A DNA stretch of 63,025 bases, counting the filler, from Nemertoderma westbladi (lineage: Eukaryota; Animalia; Xenacoelomorpha), in NCBI GenBank assembly GCA_032718475.1. It is 3 parts of 3 records of this genome, joined end to end, with 100 filler letters (N's around TTAATTAATTAA, not from the genome) between each part and the next. Parts side by side here need not be neighbours in the genome. Positions count along the whole stretch, not along the records: positions 45,462 to 63,025 come from JAUCBJ010004175.1; 2 more parts are not named here. One strand, 5' to 3'. Under the pieces are notes generated by a model. It had not been told where the DNA came from. It was given only the letters and a program-made list of their open reading frames with translations, and ran no database searches. Position 1 is the stretch's first letter. Each line of letters begins with the position of its first letter. Position numbers and translations under genes: made by a program. This document shows positions 51,469 through 63,025 of the stretch, one piece after another.

Positions 51469-53036
51469 CTACCTACCTATACTGCCATACCGGGCTGACA
51501 CATCGTTGATTGTGTATCTATATTCTATGTACTGTGTGCACTGTTAGTTGTACTGCAGCAGTTGGTAAGTTGGTAGTATTTCTGTTAGGTGGTGCATATA
51601 GTAAGTAGAGTAAGTAAGTAGAGTGAGTAAGTAAGTAGCAGGCCCTTTCTGCCTTTGTCATTACAATAATGGTTAGAAATAGAAAGCGTAAACTTGGTTC
51701 TAGAAAGTATCGTGACTATACAGATAGTAAGTTGAAGGATGCAGTGGAGGCAATGGAGAATGGCTTAAGTAGTCGCCAAGCCGAGGCACAATTCCGGATT
51801 CCACGTAGAATGATCCTAAATCAACTTCATGGACAACATGGTAAGCAAGTTGGGCATCCAATTATTCTAATGCGATATGAGGAGACATCAATTGTCAACC
51901 ACTTATCCATTTGTGCAGACTGGGGCATGCCCTTATTGATGATGGATTTACGAATCACAGTTAGAAATTATTTGAACCGCTGTGGAAGGTAGATGCTTTT
52001 ATCGATAATCTACCTGGTAGGGAATGGGCACTACTATTTACGGAAAGAAATAATGATCAGCTTTCACTTCGTCTGTGCCAAAATATCAAACGTGCCAGGG
52101 CTGCAGTTGGACCGGCAGATATTTCTGCCTACTTTGAACACCTTCAGGTAACTTTAGAGGGGACTCCTGCCACAAATGTCCTTAATTATGACGAAACAAA
52201 CATCACTGATAACCCGGGGTCAAAGAAATTACTGTTTAAAAGAGGAGTTAAATATCCTGAAAAAGTTCAAAATTATTCAAAGGGGGCGATCAGCCTCATG
52301 TTCTCAGGGAGTGCAGATGGACAACTGTTGGGTGTGTATGTGATCTATAAGTCCAAGCATTTGTGGGCCAACTGGTGTCAAGGGGGGCCTCCAAATACAC
52401 GCTTTGCCCGAACAGTCAGTGGTTGGATGGATGAACCATCCTTTGAGGAGTGGTTCCTGACAATAGTTTTGCCTTGGGCAAAGTCTCTGGAGGGAAATAA
52501 GGTCATAATCGAGGATAATTTAAGTGCCCATATAAGTGAGGGGGTCAATCAACAATGTGCTGATAACAACATAAATTTTGTGTTTCACCCAAGAAACAGT
52601 ACCCATCTCACCCAACCTCTAGACGTGGCATTCTTCAGACCACTAAAGTGTCATTGGCGCCAAATACTTGATCAATATAAAACAAAAAATCCAGGTAGCA
52701 CCTCACTTGAGAAGCAATGTTTCCCTAAACTTCTTGACCAGTTCATCCAGAAACTTTGTGGTGGCCTACGTGTAGGTGTGTGGTGGCCTACGTGTAGGAA
52801 AGAGTACCGATATAAGGATATACAATATACATACCAGTACTGACTTCAGTCAGTAGTAGTGAGTGAAAGCAGTCATCTCTTTATATACTACCATCAGTAC
52901 TACCGGACACCGGTACTGCTGTACCCAGACTGCACGCACCATTACATTGGTGACCTGACTCGATAAATAAATAACAACTGAAAAACTGTAAGTTTATTCT
53001 GAACTATAATAATACTCTTTACACTATCTGGATATT

Positions 53037-53900
53037 ATGGCAAGCCGTCTTCCACCTTTTTCACTCCAACACCCAAGTATATGGTTCCGTCAACTAGAGG
53101 CTTATTTCGTTCTGGAGAAAACCAAGGCAGAAGACCAGGTTAATCTTCTACTGACGCTCCTTCCTACCGAACAAGCCGCTCTTATCGCCACTGCCGACGT
53201 TAAAACGTATGACGAGGCAAAAGATATGCTTAAAAACACGTTGGGTGAATCTCAGTACGATCTTATTCGCCGGGCTATCGCAACATTCTCTCTGCACGAA
53301 GGAGAGCGTCCTTCACAGGCAGTTCACCGCCTGAAACTTCTGGCAAACGCCGCGGACATGCCACAGCGTAGCAAACAAGAACTGATCGCTCGAGTAATAG
53401 AAGCAATGCCCACAGAGGCAGCGAAGTCAGCTCTAGCCACCCAAGCGAAGAATCCACTGGAGGAATTCCTGAAGATTGCTGATACCGTCATCGCTGTCAC
53501 GGTCAACAAGATGCCGATTTATTCTGTTGGTTCATATTCACGTGATAATCCTCGTTCAACCAATTCATATTCCCGTGATCGTCCTGGTTCACCCGATTCA
53601 TATTACAGGGGCCGCTCACCGGATCACAAGTCCCCGCCGCGGTACTGATCCAATCGATATTCGGATGACTCAGCCGGTTCATCATCTTACCCAAATCGTA
53701 GCTACCAACGTACCATTACTCCATTCTCCCGCAACCAGCGTCCAAAAATCTGCCGTTCTCATATATTCTTCGGCAGAGCAGCTAAAAACTGTACAACTTG
53801 GTGTCAGTTTCCCAAGAGTGACAGCCATCGACCACGCATCTTTTCTCGTGACGTTTCTCGTGAGAACTCAAGGGACAACTCGCCGGATCAGGGAAACTAG
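53037..53900 (+). pseudogene. Gypsy gag with an in-frame TGA at 53646-53648
   Basis: LPPF..QHPSIWFRQLEAYF; read through the TGA, the frame continues to CRSHIFFGRAAKNCTTWC (C-x2-H-x9-C-x3-C) and stops at 53900. Confidence 0.88.
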
Positions 53901-53938
53901 ACTCCCCCTCTGTTGCAGCGATTTCAGCACCGGGGGCG
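53891..53938 (+). promoter_or_regulatory. Putative -1 ribosomal frameshift signal between gag and pol
   Basis: Slippery heptamer GGGAAAC just before the gag stop, followed by CCCCC...GGGGG stem potential. Confidence 0.7.
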
Positions 53939-53956
53939 TTTCACAAATCGCCCACT

Positions 53957-56900
53957 GTGGAGGCCAAAGTTGGTAACAAACTCACCCGTTTCCTGATCGA
54001 TACCGGAGCTTGTTACAGTGTTCTGCCCCCACAACTCGCCAACTCACATATTATTGAACTCTCTACAGATGAATTATGTGCTGCAGATAGCCATCCAATT
54101 CAGACATATGGCCGAGCGAATATGGTTATTAAACTGAAACGTCTACGACGGGAATACTTTCACCAGTTTATAATTGCTGACGTTACCCAGGCGATACTTG
54201 GTGCCGATTTTTTGGCAAAGAATAAACTGTTAGTCAATTGTAATTTGTCTGTACTCCAAGACAGCATCACAGGATTGGTTGCTTCCCTGCAACTGCAACG
54301 AGCACCCCCAACTCCTTTGGTAAAGTCGTCCCTTCCAGAACTCCCTACATCGATTCTTGTTTCTATGGAGCCCTTCCAACATCTATTCAAGTTACCAGAT
54401 TATACTGAAACTCCCCAATCAACAATATAATTTTCTATTGAAACAGAAGGCCCACCGATACAAAGTAAACCTCGACGTTTAGCGCCAGATAAGTTTGCAA
54501 CTGCCAAGAACTATTTTAACGAACTCTTAAAGCTTGGAATTATTCGTCCATCGGCCTCTGAATGGTCATCACCATTACACATGGTAACAAAGAAAGATCG
54601 GACGTACCGACCCTGTGGTGATTACCGCCGTCTAAACTCTGTAACAAAGAAAGATAGTTATCCGACACCGGACCCTCGTGACCCCAACGCATTCTTACAC
54701 GGATGTACCGTCTTTTCCAAGATAGATTTAGTCAAAGCGTACCATGTTATCCCCGTTAAGGATAGCGATATCCCTAAAACAGCAATAACAACCCCATTTG
54801 GACTCTTTGAGTTTATCCGTATGCCCTTCGGGATGAAAAACGCTGGACCCCACTTCAACCGCCACGTCCACAAGGCTCTTCATGGACTAGGAGAGAGAAC
54901 CTTCCCATTTTACGACGACATTATCTGCGGTTCTCCTGATATGGAAACTCACAAAGCCGATCTTATTCAATTATTTCAGCGTCTAGATTGTTACAGTTTA
55001 CACATAAATCCCAACAAATGCGTATTCGCCATTCCGGATCTCGATTTTCTCGGATTTAACATTAGTTCAGATGGAATATCGCCCTCGACATCTAAAGTGA
55101 GTGAAATTTGCGCACTGTCCATCCCCACTTCTTACAAGGAACTTAGAAGCCGACTGGGGGCCATAAACTTTTATCGCCGTTTCCTACCTCGTGCTGCAGA
55201 GATTTTAATTCCACTCCAAGAACTATTAAATGACACTCAACCCCGCAAAGGAGTCAGTCCTCAGTTTAACTGGCTCCAACATCACCAAGACTCATACACA
55301 AGTATTACAACAACGAGTCATTCTTACACATCCACCACCAGATGCCAAGAAATTCATATTAACTACAGATGCTTCCGATTTGGCAATAGGAGGCGTTTTA
55401 TCAGTCAATGACCAACCCTTGTCATTCTTTTCCAAGCGTTTAAGTACAACGGATTCACAACGATCAGCATTTGAGCATGAACTCCTCGCCCTCTCTAGTG
55501 CTGTGTTGCATTTCAGGCCATATATAGAATGGCTGCAAACCATTGCACTTACAGACCACAAACCGTTGGTTTCTGCGATCCATAAAAGAACTAACGCCAA
55601 TTCTCATTGGCAAAATCATCGATTTGCCACAATAGTGGAATATGTGGATGAAGTTCGCTATATTCCTGGCCGTGAAAATATTGTAGCCGATTTATTATCC
55701 CGACCACCCGACTCATCCAACCAACCAATGGAAGATCAGATATTACCAGAATTGGAAGGCCCGACACCGCTTATTGCCAGTATTTCTACTGCCGTTTGCG
55801 ACTTACCGGCTATACAACAATCCCAAGAGGGAGTAGAACTTCCTTCAACCCTCACAAAACTTCCCTTTGGTTCTCTTACAATCGCATGTGACACAAATTC
55901 TTCTTATCCTCGACCCTATATTACAGAAAATCTCAGATTTTCAATTTTTCAACAAGCTCACAATGTAGCTCACCCAGGTCGGACAGCGACACAACGCCTA
56001 ATATTATCTCGCTACTTTTGGCCCAAGGCAAAGAGGGACATTCAGCAGTGGGTATGGGAATGCGAACATTGTCAACGCGCTAAAATCGTTCGCCACATTC
56101 ACAGACCCAACCATCCAATGCCAATCGTCACTGAACGATTCGATATTATACACATTGACATTGTGGGTCCATTGCCCACTATTAGTAACTTTTCCTACGT
56201 TGTAACAGCAATTGATAGATTTTTGGGCTGGCCCATGGCGGTGCCGGTTGCTGATACATTAACAACAACGGTGGCCAAAGCACTTATCGATGGTTGGATG
56301 GATATCCATATTTAGTATACCCTTACACATTGTCAGCGATAAAGGCAGCCAATTTGAGTCAAATCTTTTCGCCAACATCGCCAGTAATCTCGGATTCGTT
56401 CGACTACCTACAACTTCGTATCACCCTCAGACAAATGGTATGGTGGAACGGATGCACCGTAGACTGAAAGAAGCTATCCGTGCTCGTGAAACCGACTGGT
56501 TTACTTCTCTTTCAGCCATCCTATGGTCATTAAGAAACACCCCCAACGACACCAGTCCATCCCCGTTTTCACTTATTACGGGAGAGTCCCCAAGGTTTCC
56601 ATGTAAACCACTCGTACAGTCACTTTCAAACTCGTCAACAATTATGGACAATCTAAACTCATTTTTCGATCCATCGAATCACATATACCGACAACAACAG
56701 CCTATTTTGAGTACCAAGACTCGCACGTACCTTCCCGAGGGAACTTCCCATGTGTGGCTGCGCATCGACCGTATAAGGCGCCCTCTAGAGGCCCCTTACA
56801 CCGGCCCTTTTGAGGTTATCAAGAACAACGGAGCTACCGTCATTATAGAACAGAAAGGGAAACATAACACTGTTAGCGTCTCCAGACTAAAACCCTATAT

Positions 56901-56979
56901 AGCGAAACAAGCAACCCCGGGAGAACCTATATTGACTCCTACGGGACCACGGCCACCAGACCTTGGCAACCAGTCATAG
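53957..56979 (+). pseudogene. Gypsy pol (protease, RT, RNase H, integrase), disrupted
   Basis: FLIDTGA; RPCGDYRRLN; MPFGMKNA; FYDDI; TTDASD; TDHKPL; HHCC zinc finger; HIDIVGP; SDKGSQF; NGMVER; PYTGPF. Stop at 54428; frameshifts at ~55300 and ~56295. Confidence 0.93.
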
Positions 56980-58755
56980 CACCCTCCAGTGATAGAGCAA
57001 ACTAAGACTCGATCTGGCCGAGTTGTGATTTCAACCAATAGGAACACTTATCACTATTATTAAGCAATAACTTAAACTGTTTGGACGTACTACATTTACT
57101 TTCAGTTTGTGACTATTTCTTCTAAATTCATTATTTGATATTTTACAGCTCCGCTACTTAAACGGAGGCTGTGTGGTGTGGTGGCCTACGTGTAGGAAAG
57201 AGTACCGATATAAGGATATACAATATACATACCGGTACTGACTTCAGTCAGTAGTAGTGAGTGAAAGCAGTCATCTCTTTATATACTACCATCAGTACTA
57301 CCGGACACCGGTACTGCTGTACCCAGACTGCACGCACCATTACAACTTCATGAGAATGGAGCAGCAGCAAAGAATCTGAAATCCGGTTTCCGAGCAACTG
57401 GTATTGTTCCATTAGATTCGACGCAGGTGTTAAAGAAACTTCCAGGATATACATCATCACCCACTCCCCCACCCAATCAGGTGGCACCCACGCCATCTGC
57501 TCTTACCCCAGGCTGCCAGGGGAATCCATACTGGTCGCACAGGCACCAGTGGAATCAACAACATCCACACCAGTCATTCTGGCAATGGTGGAACCCATTC
57601 CAGTCACTCTATAATCATCGACATCAAGTTCCACTGTACTGCAGTCACCGAGAACCAATGCCAGCAAACTTATCTCGAGTTCCCTACTGGAATATCTTCA
57701 GCTCTCAAGAAGAAATGCACCCTATTCAAAATCGAAACGTTACAAATTGGATGTACCAGCTGGTAAATCAGTGTCTGCCGAAGACATATATACATTCAAA
57801 GGAAAGATAAGGAGAATCAAAATCGGGGTCGAGGGCGCAGTCGTGGTCGGAGTGCTCGAGGACGTGGAAATACTCACAGTCAAAGGTTGCAGGGGGTGAT
57901 TGGGAGAGGGGCAGGAAGGAATTTATTCCCACAACAGTCTGATGATGAAATTGTGTCGAGATCTGACTCATCTGTTAGCAGTGAATGCTGGCCTGATATC
58001 TCAGATAGCCATGATGATAGTAATACGTCTGCTGCCACTGATAGCAGTGAGGGGACAATTGCAGGTATTTGTGATTTTGATGAAATATTACGGGCTAACC
58101 CAATGAGTGGTCACAGCAGTCCTATAGAATTGTTCGCTGATTGGAATTTCGATCTCGAACTCCTGGATGGTGAACTTGAACTCTAGCAGCTTATCATTTT
58201 GATTTCAAACTCCTGCAATGTGAACTTTAACTCTTTTCGAACTCTTGGATCGTGAACTCGAACTCTAGCTTATTGTTTTGATTTTGATCTCCCGCAAAGT
58301 GAACTTGAACCTGTTTTCGAACTCTTTGATCGTGAACTTGAACCCTATAGCTTATGCCTATTGTTTTGATTTTGAACTGCTTGTGCATGGAACGTGAACT
58401 TTAACTCTAGCATACTGTTTTCTAAATAACTGAGCTTCAACTTTGTTTATATACTGTAGTTTGTTTATATGCAATATTTCTTATATGAATATGAAATTAT
58501 ATTCTTAATAGTGTTTGTCTGTTTGTGCATTCTGGCATTAGTCTGTTGTTAGTATAAGTTCTTTGTTATATATGTTCATATATACAGTAATGCCTCCCAT
58601 TTCACTATGCGATGGTGAATTGGGTTAGGGTTTTTTTTTTAAATCTTGCCAGTGGGCGAAGTTGTCCTGATTTATGTCAATTTTGCCTAAACTAGTGAAC
58701 ATTCTACAAATTGTAAGACAAAGTTTAGGGAAAATATGGCGAAAATGGTGTAATT

Positions 58756-59005
58756 AGTTATAGTTCATATGCGTACCTCTGGCTGTCTGGTGTTTTCGTA
58801 TTGCAAAAATAAGACTATAAGTATGAAATACCCTATGTTATTGAGATATTGTTTATTGTTTTGGTTAGAAAAGCCCACCACTGTAACCTGCTCCTTTCCA
58901 TTAATTAAGTAATGGAGATTAGTTTATTGTTTTGGTTAGAAAACACCATCACTGTCTGACTGTAACCTGCTTCTTTTGCCAGAGGTATGCATATGAACGA
59001 TAACC
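58756..59005. mobile_element. Merlin-like MITE, copy 2
   Basis: Same termini as copy 1; perfect 8-bp TSD GTGTAATT. Confidence 0.82.
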
Positions 59006-59624
59006 GTGTAATTTGCTATGAAAAAACTGTGATGGGCAAAGTTGTCCACAAGTGGGGCAACTTTGCCCAATGCAGGAATTTTTAAAAAACTATATGCAAA
59101 CACAAAAAAAGCAACATAGTAAAGTTTTATCACATAAAATAATTACTGGAGTACCCTATGGTCCTATGGATGGATACATTCATATTGACCTTATTCAAAG
59201 TATAGACATATTTTAACAACCGTCGACGCCATCAACTTTGGGCCAAGTGCTGAAGTGGGCAAAGTAGCCCCATTTTACGGTAGTACAATTAGGCCACAGT
59301 CTGACAGTAAAAGTTTTATTTCTTAGGTAGGCCTACTTATTTTTCAATTATCAAATTAACATAAATTCAATGGGCGGGCAGAAACAGCACCGGAGCACCC
59401 CAATTGGAAATTTGCCTACGGCAGTAGGTACGGTAAATAGGAAAAACTAAAAAGTAAAATCCAACTACCGCAGTAGTTGGCATTTGCGTTAGCGGTAGAC
59501 TGGTAGAGGTAGTAAAAATCGCGGTATTTGCGGTAGGCCTAGCGGTAGTACCGAACGATCCCTGGCAGCTTGGTCTGCTGGTAGGACATAGGACTGTAGG
59601 AGGGCCTATGTTTTATGTATTACA

Positions 59625-61150
59625 GTACTGCAGTAGTGGAATTGGAATTTTTTATTTGACATTAAATCAGTTAAAACAAGCACTAAGCTGGTAAGGACTG
59701 AAGGATGTCATTAAAATATAACATATGAAGTGAAAGGAAAAGGCAACAAACCAATCTGCCAATGTCTGAATGTACAGTCCGTACCGAACGATCCCTGTTA
59801 GGAGCAGGAAGGCCTATGTTTTATGTCAGTATGTAGTACAGCCAGACAGCCAGGTTGGAATTCATGCTGCAAAACTCAGACGCAAACCGCAAACCAGATG
59901 CCCGTTCGGGTGAGACAGGTGCGCGTTCGGGTGAGAACAGAGAAAGGTGCGCGTTGCGCCTCAGCGCGCAGCTCTGACAGTCTGGTGCGCACCACAAATT
60001 AATTGAAATCACTGGTTGCAATCAGCAATCATGGTTCTTATCGATTCTCTGTATGCTTTTTATTGCCTTTGTTCACGATAGGGCAAGGATATATTTAATG
60101 TGTTAACCCCTTGACAAGGGAAGGGCAAAGGGAAGGGGGAGACTAAATTGTCTACCATGATTGGTTGCACTAGTTATTTGACCAAACAATTGAAATATAT
60201 GCAGTATTTATCAGCTTTCGGTTAACCACTTCACCGGTAGATTGCTGGTAGCTTACTACTGTCTGACTGTAGAATATTTAAATAATCCATTGTAACAAAC
60301 TGACAAAGATACTTGAATCATGAGACGTGAATTTTAAGTCTACTTTTTATTCATCCTGTGTTTGTATGTGAAAGAGCCGAATATTATTTATTACCAGTGC
60401 TGTATGTCCTGTATGTAGAGATATGAGTTTCCGATTCTGTTATTACATTTGTCTGATAATCAGATAGGCCTACCTGACATATACCGATACTTGCCTAACA
60501 ACTGTTACACCAACATAACTTGTTACAACAATTGTTATCAGGACTGCTACGCGTAGCACCTACGCGTAGTTTCAAAATAGTTGTTAAAAAGGCAGTAAGT
60601 CTGGCCCTACCGGTAAATGACAGGAATGGAAATTACAAACTACGCGACGCGTAGCTACGCGTAGGTCGAAAAGATTTACCCTTTATTTCTCATTTCCAAT
60701 TCTTCAAACTGTCAAATCATTTCACCATACAGCCATAATACTGTAATACCGGCAACCGGAGCTGAATTTGTCTATTTATTTTAACTACAGTACTCTATTG
60801 TTAATAGGCCTATACCTATGTCAGTATGTTACGTTAGTAAACAGGTAAAGTCAGAAAGTAACAATGTATTATAAGTATGACTTAATTATAAACCAACTGT
60901 ATGGTTAAGCCTAATTCAGTAATTGTTAGGTAGGCCTATACACTAAGTATTACTGGTACCTAATTAATGATAAATTAACTATTGCATATTTATTCAAATT
61001 TTATACAGTACCGCCAAGTACAGTATGCAGTAGTGGAATTGGAATTTTTTATTTGACATTAAATCAGTTAAAACAAGCACTAAAGATAGCATTAAAATAT
61101 AACATATGAAGTGTAAGGAAAAGGTAAAGGCAACAAACCAATGTACAGTT
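59625..61150 (-). repeat. Two related short LINE-tail-like segments (~59625-59780 and ~61020-61150)
   Basis: Shared GCAGTAGTGGAATTGGAATTTTTTATTTGACATTAAATCAGTTAAAACAAGCACTAA; the tail resembles the one at 36875. Confidence 0.55.
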
Positions 61151-61525
61151 ATTGTATTCAACATGTCCTAGAAAAGGGCAGTGATTTTTTATGTCCTTTT
61201 ATTTGACTTTTTTTGTCCTTTTTTTTTACGAATTATGCATAATGACTTTTGTTGTCCTTTTAATGACTTTTATTGTCCTTTTAATGACTTTTTATGTATG
61301 TATTTCTTCAAACTGTCAGACTGCTGATTTCTGGACTGTCAGACAGTTGATTTCACTATGCCTGTGCCAAAACATTCCATGATTTATAGACTATGAGATA
61401 GATTTCCATATGCGCCTGTGGTAAAAAGACTCTATATTTAATAGTTTGTGGTTGTTGTCGATAATCGATTACCACATGACGTAGCAAAACACTCATTTTA
61501 TAGCCAAAAACAATTACCAATTGAT

Positions 61526-62155
61526 GGAAAGGAGCAGGTTAAGGCCGAGTTTTCTAACCAAAACAATAAACAGTCACTTTACCAAATCAGGGAAAGGAGC
61601 AGGTTACAGAGACGAGATTTTCTAACCAAAACAATAAACGATCACTTTACTAATTGAGGGAAAGGAGCAGGTTACAGAGGCGGGATTTTCTAACCAAAAC
61701 AATAAACGATCACTTAACTTATTGAGGGAAAGGAGCAGGTTACAGAGGCGGGATTTTCTAACCAAAACAATAAACGATCATTTAACTAATTGAGGGAAAG
61801 GGACAGGTTACAGAGGCAGAATTTTCTAACCAAAACAATAAATGATCACTTAACTAATTGAGGGAAAGGAGCAGGTTACAGAGGCGGGATTTTCTAACCA
61901 AAACAATAAACGATCATTTAACTAATTGAGGGAAAGGGGCAGGTTACAGAGGCGGGCCTTTCTAACCAAAACAATAAACGGTCACTTTACCAATTCAGGG
62001 AAAGGAGCAGGTTACAGAGGCGGGATTTTCTAACCAAAACAATAAACGATCATTTAACTAATTGAGGGAATGGGGCAGGTTACAGAAGCGGGATTTTCTA
62101 ACTAAAACAATAAACGATCATTTAACTAATTGAGGGAAAGGAGCAGGTTACAGAG
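61526..62155 (+). repeat. 68-bp tandem array (~9 copies) of the dispersed GGAAAGGAGCAGGTTACAG...AACCAAAACAATAAAC module
   Basis: Unit GAGGGAAAGGAGCAGGTTACAGAGGCGGGATTTTCTAACCAAAACAATAAACGATCACTTAACTAATT. Confidence 0.95.
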
Positions 62156-63025
62156 ACGATAAAACTAATACAGTAATAGGAATAAATTATGTGAAAGGTA
62201 TATCCACATTTTCCACAATCCTGCAATCCAGTTTGGCCTATCAATTATTTAAAATTTATTAGCACAACCGGTAGGCCTACCATTACCGTATTTAAATGGT
62301 AGGCTACACAGGCCTATAGCAGTACCGGTGCTGGTACCGGTACTAAAATACAGAAATACCTGCTTTATACCTACATCTGTACATACAATACAGCAAAATA
62401 GTGCTATATATACTAATGTAGAGATTCTCTGTAGAGAAACCGGTAGCATGGAACCTAACATTAGACTTTTGGAGGACATAAAAAATAAAAAAAAGGACAA
62501 AAAAAGGATTTAAACGGACAATAAAAATTATTGCGCTAGAAAAGGATACATGACCGAACGTAATCAGAATCGAATGTAACACTGTTATTACAGTAACGCT
62601 TTCAAATAACGTCCTATTGGATCCTAATAGGATCCTAATAGGAACCTAATAGGAAATAAATAACCTTTAGGAAATCACTTGGAATTTGCCTAATGCAAGT
62701 CTACCTAGAGCGGCTAAATATCAAAGCTTAGCAAGTGTCTGTCAATCAACCTCCTGGGATAGCTGAATGTAGTAAAGAGAGCCGCTTTGTCTAGGGGTTG
62801 AGTTCTATTTCCCTTCCCCTGACTTATCTTACAACAACAATACTCCCCATAGGCTAATGTTAAATATGCAAAGAACACACTACTGGCTTTAACTCAACAT
62901 CTGGACACATTAACTGACCATACGTAAAGGTATCGCCGCTTGTGTAAAATAGGCCCGCCAATACGTTGAGTAAGCCTCAACAAGTAGTGGGCTGCTAAGG
63001 CGTAATCTGATTTTATTCGGACGTC

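Larger units (their letters stand above)
52757..57344 (+). mobile_element. Full-length Ty3/Gypsy LTR retrotransposon, CsRn1-like clade
   Basis: TG..CA LTRs (52757-52946, ~57172-57344); 4-bp TSD ACTT; PBS TGGTGACC at 52948; purine tract before the 3' LTR; gag CHCC motif; PR-RT-RH-IN order. Confidence 0.95.
51669..58186 (+). pseudogene. pogo/Tigger transposase (HTH-psq, CENP-B HTH, DDE_1), frameshifted and split by the Gypsy element
   Basis: YTDSKLKDAVEAM...IPRR; NYDETN; IIEDNLSAH; HLTQPLDVAFFRPLK; the frame QKL|HENGAAAKNLKSGFRATGIVPLD is restored when 52757-57348 is removed. The 3' limit is approximate. Confidence 0.88.
49838..59280 (+). mobile_element. pogo/Tigger-family DNA transposon with four nested insertions
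   Basis: TIR CCGTAAAAT(A/G)GGGCTACTTTGCCCA; TA TSD at 49836-49837 and 59281-59282; CENP-B/DDE_1 transposase inside. Confidence 0.93.

Noticed and set aside
61146-62584. Possible hAT-like element enclosing the 68-bp array
   Set aside because: Only weak inverted similarity at the ends and no TSD.
62700-62840. Possible structured ncRNA (AGCGGCT/AGCCGCT stem, downstream ACA)
   Set aside because: Short stems only; no recognisable snRNA or snoRNA family without an Rfam/Infernal search.

Overview
Eukaryotic (animal, probably invertebrate; species not identifiable from the sequence) genomic scaffold with two N-gaps, dominated by nested transposable elements and tandem repeats. Three host genes: a complete 6-exon trypsin-like serine protease (18200-20775, +), the first four coding exons of an SLC35F1/F2 transporter (36428-31496, -) and an intronless Ariadne/ARIH1 RBR E3 ligase (49363-47801, -). 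Main highlight: a ~5.3-kb IS3EU-type DNA transposon (6068-11374) with an rve/DDE transposase on one strand and a convergent HECT-domain E3 ubiquitin ligase gene on the other, both now decayed. It sits inside an APE-RT LINE, which sits inside a ~6-kb 38-bp satellite grown from a tRNA-derived SINE; a second SINE copy expanded the same segment as a 36-bp array. A second nest is a pogo/Tigger element (49838-59280) containing a young CsRn1-type Gypsy LTR element, a hAT MITE and two Merlin-like MITEs. Also present: a CACTA/EnSpm shell carrying a Merlin transposase relic, a possible Polinton/Maverick end at 1-2750, and a ~50-bp module (GGAAAGGAGCAGGTTACAG...CTAACCAAAACAATAAAC) shared by unrelated MITEs, solo sites and a 68-bp satellite. 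All calls were made by eye; family names rest on recalled motifs, not database searches.
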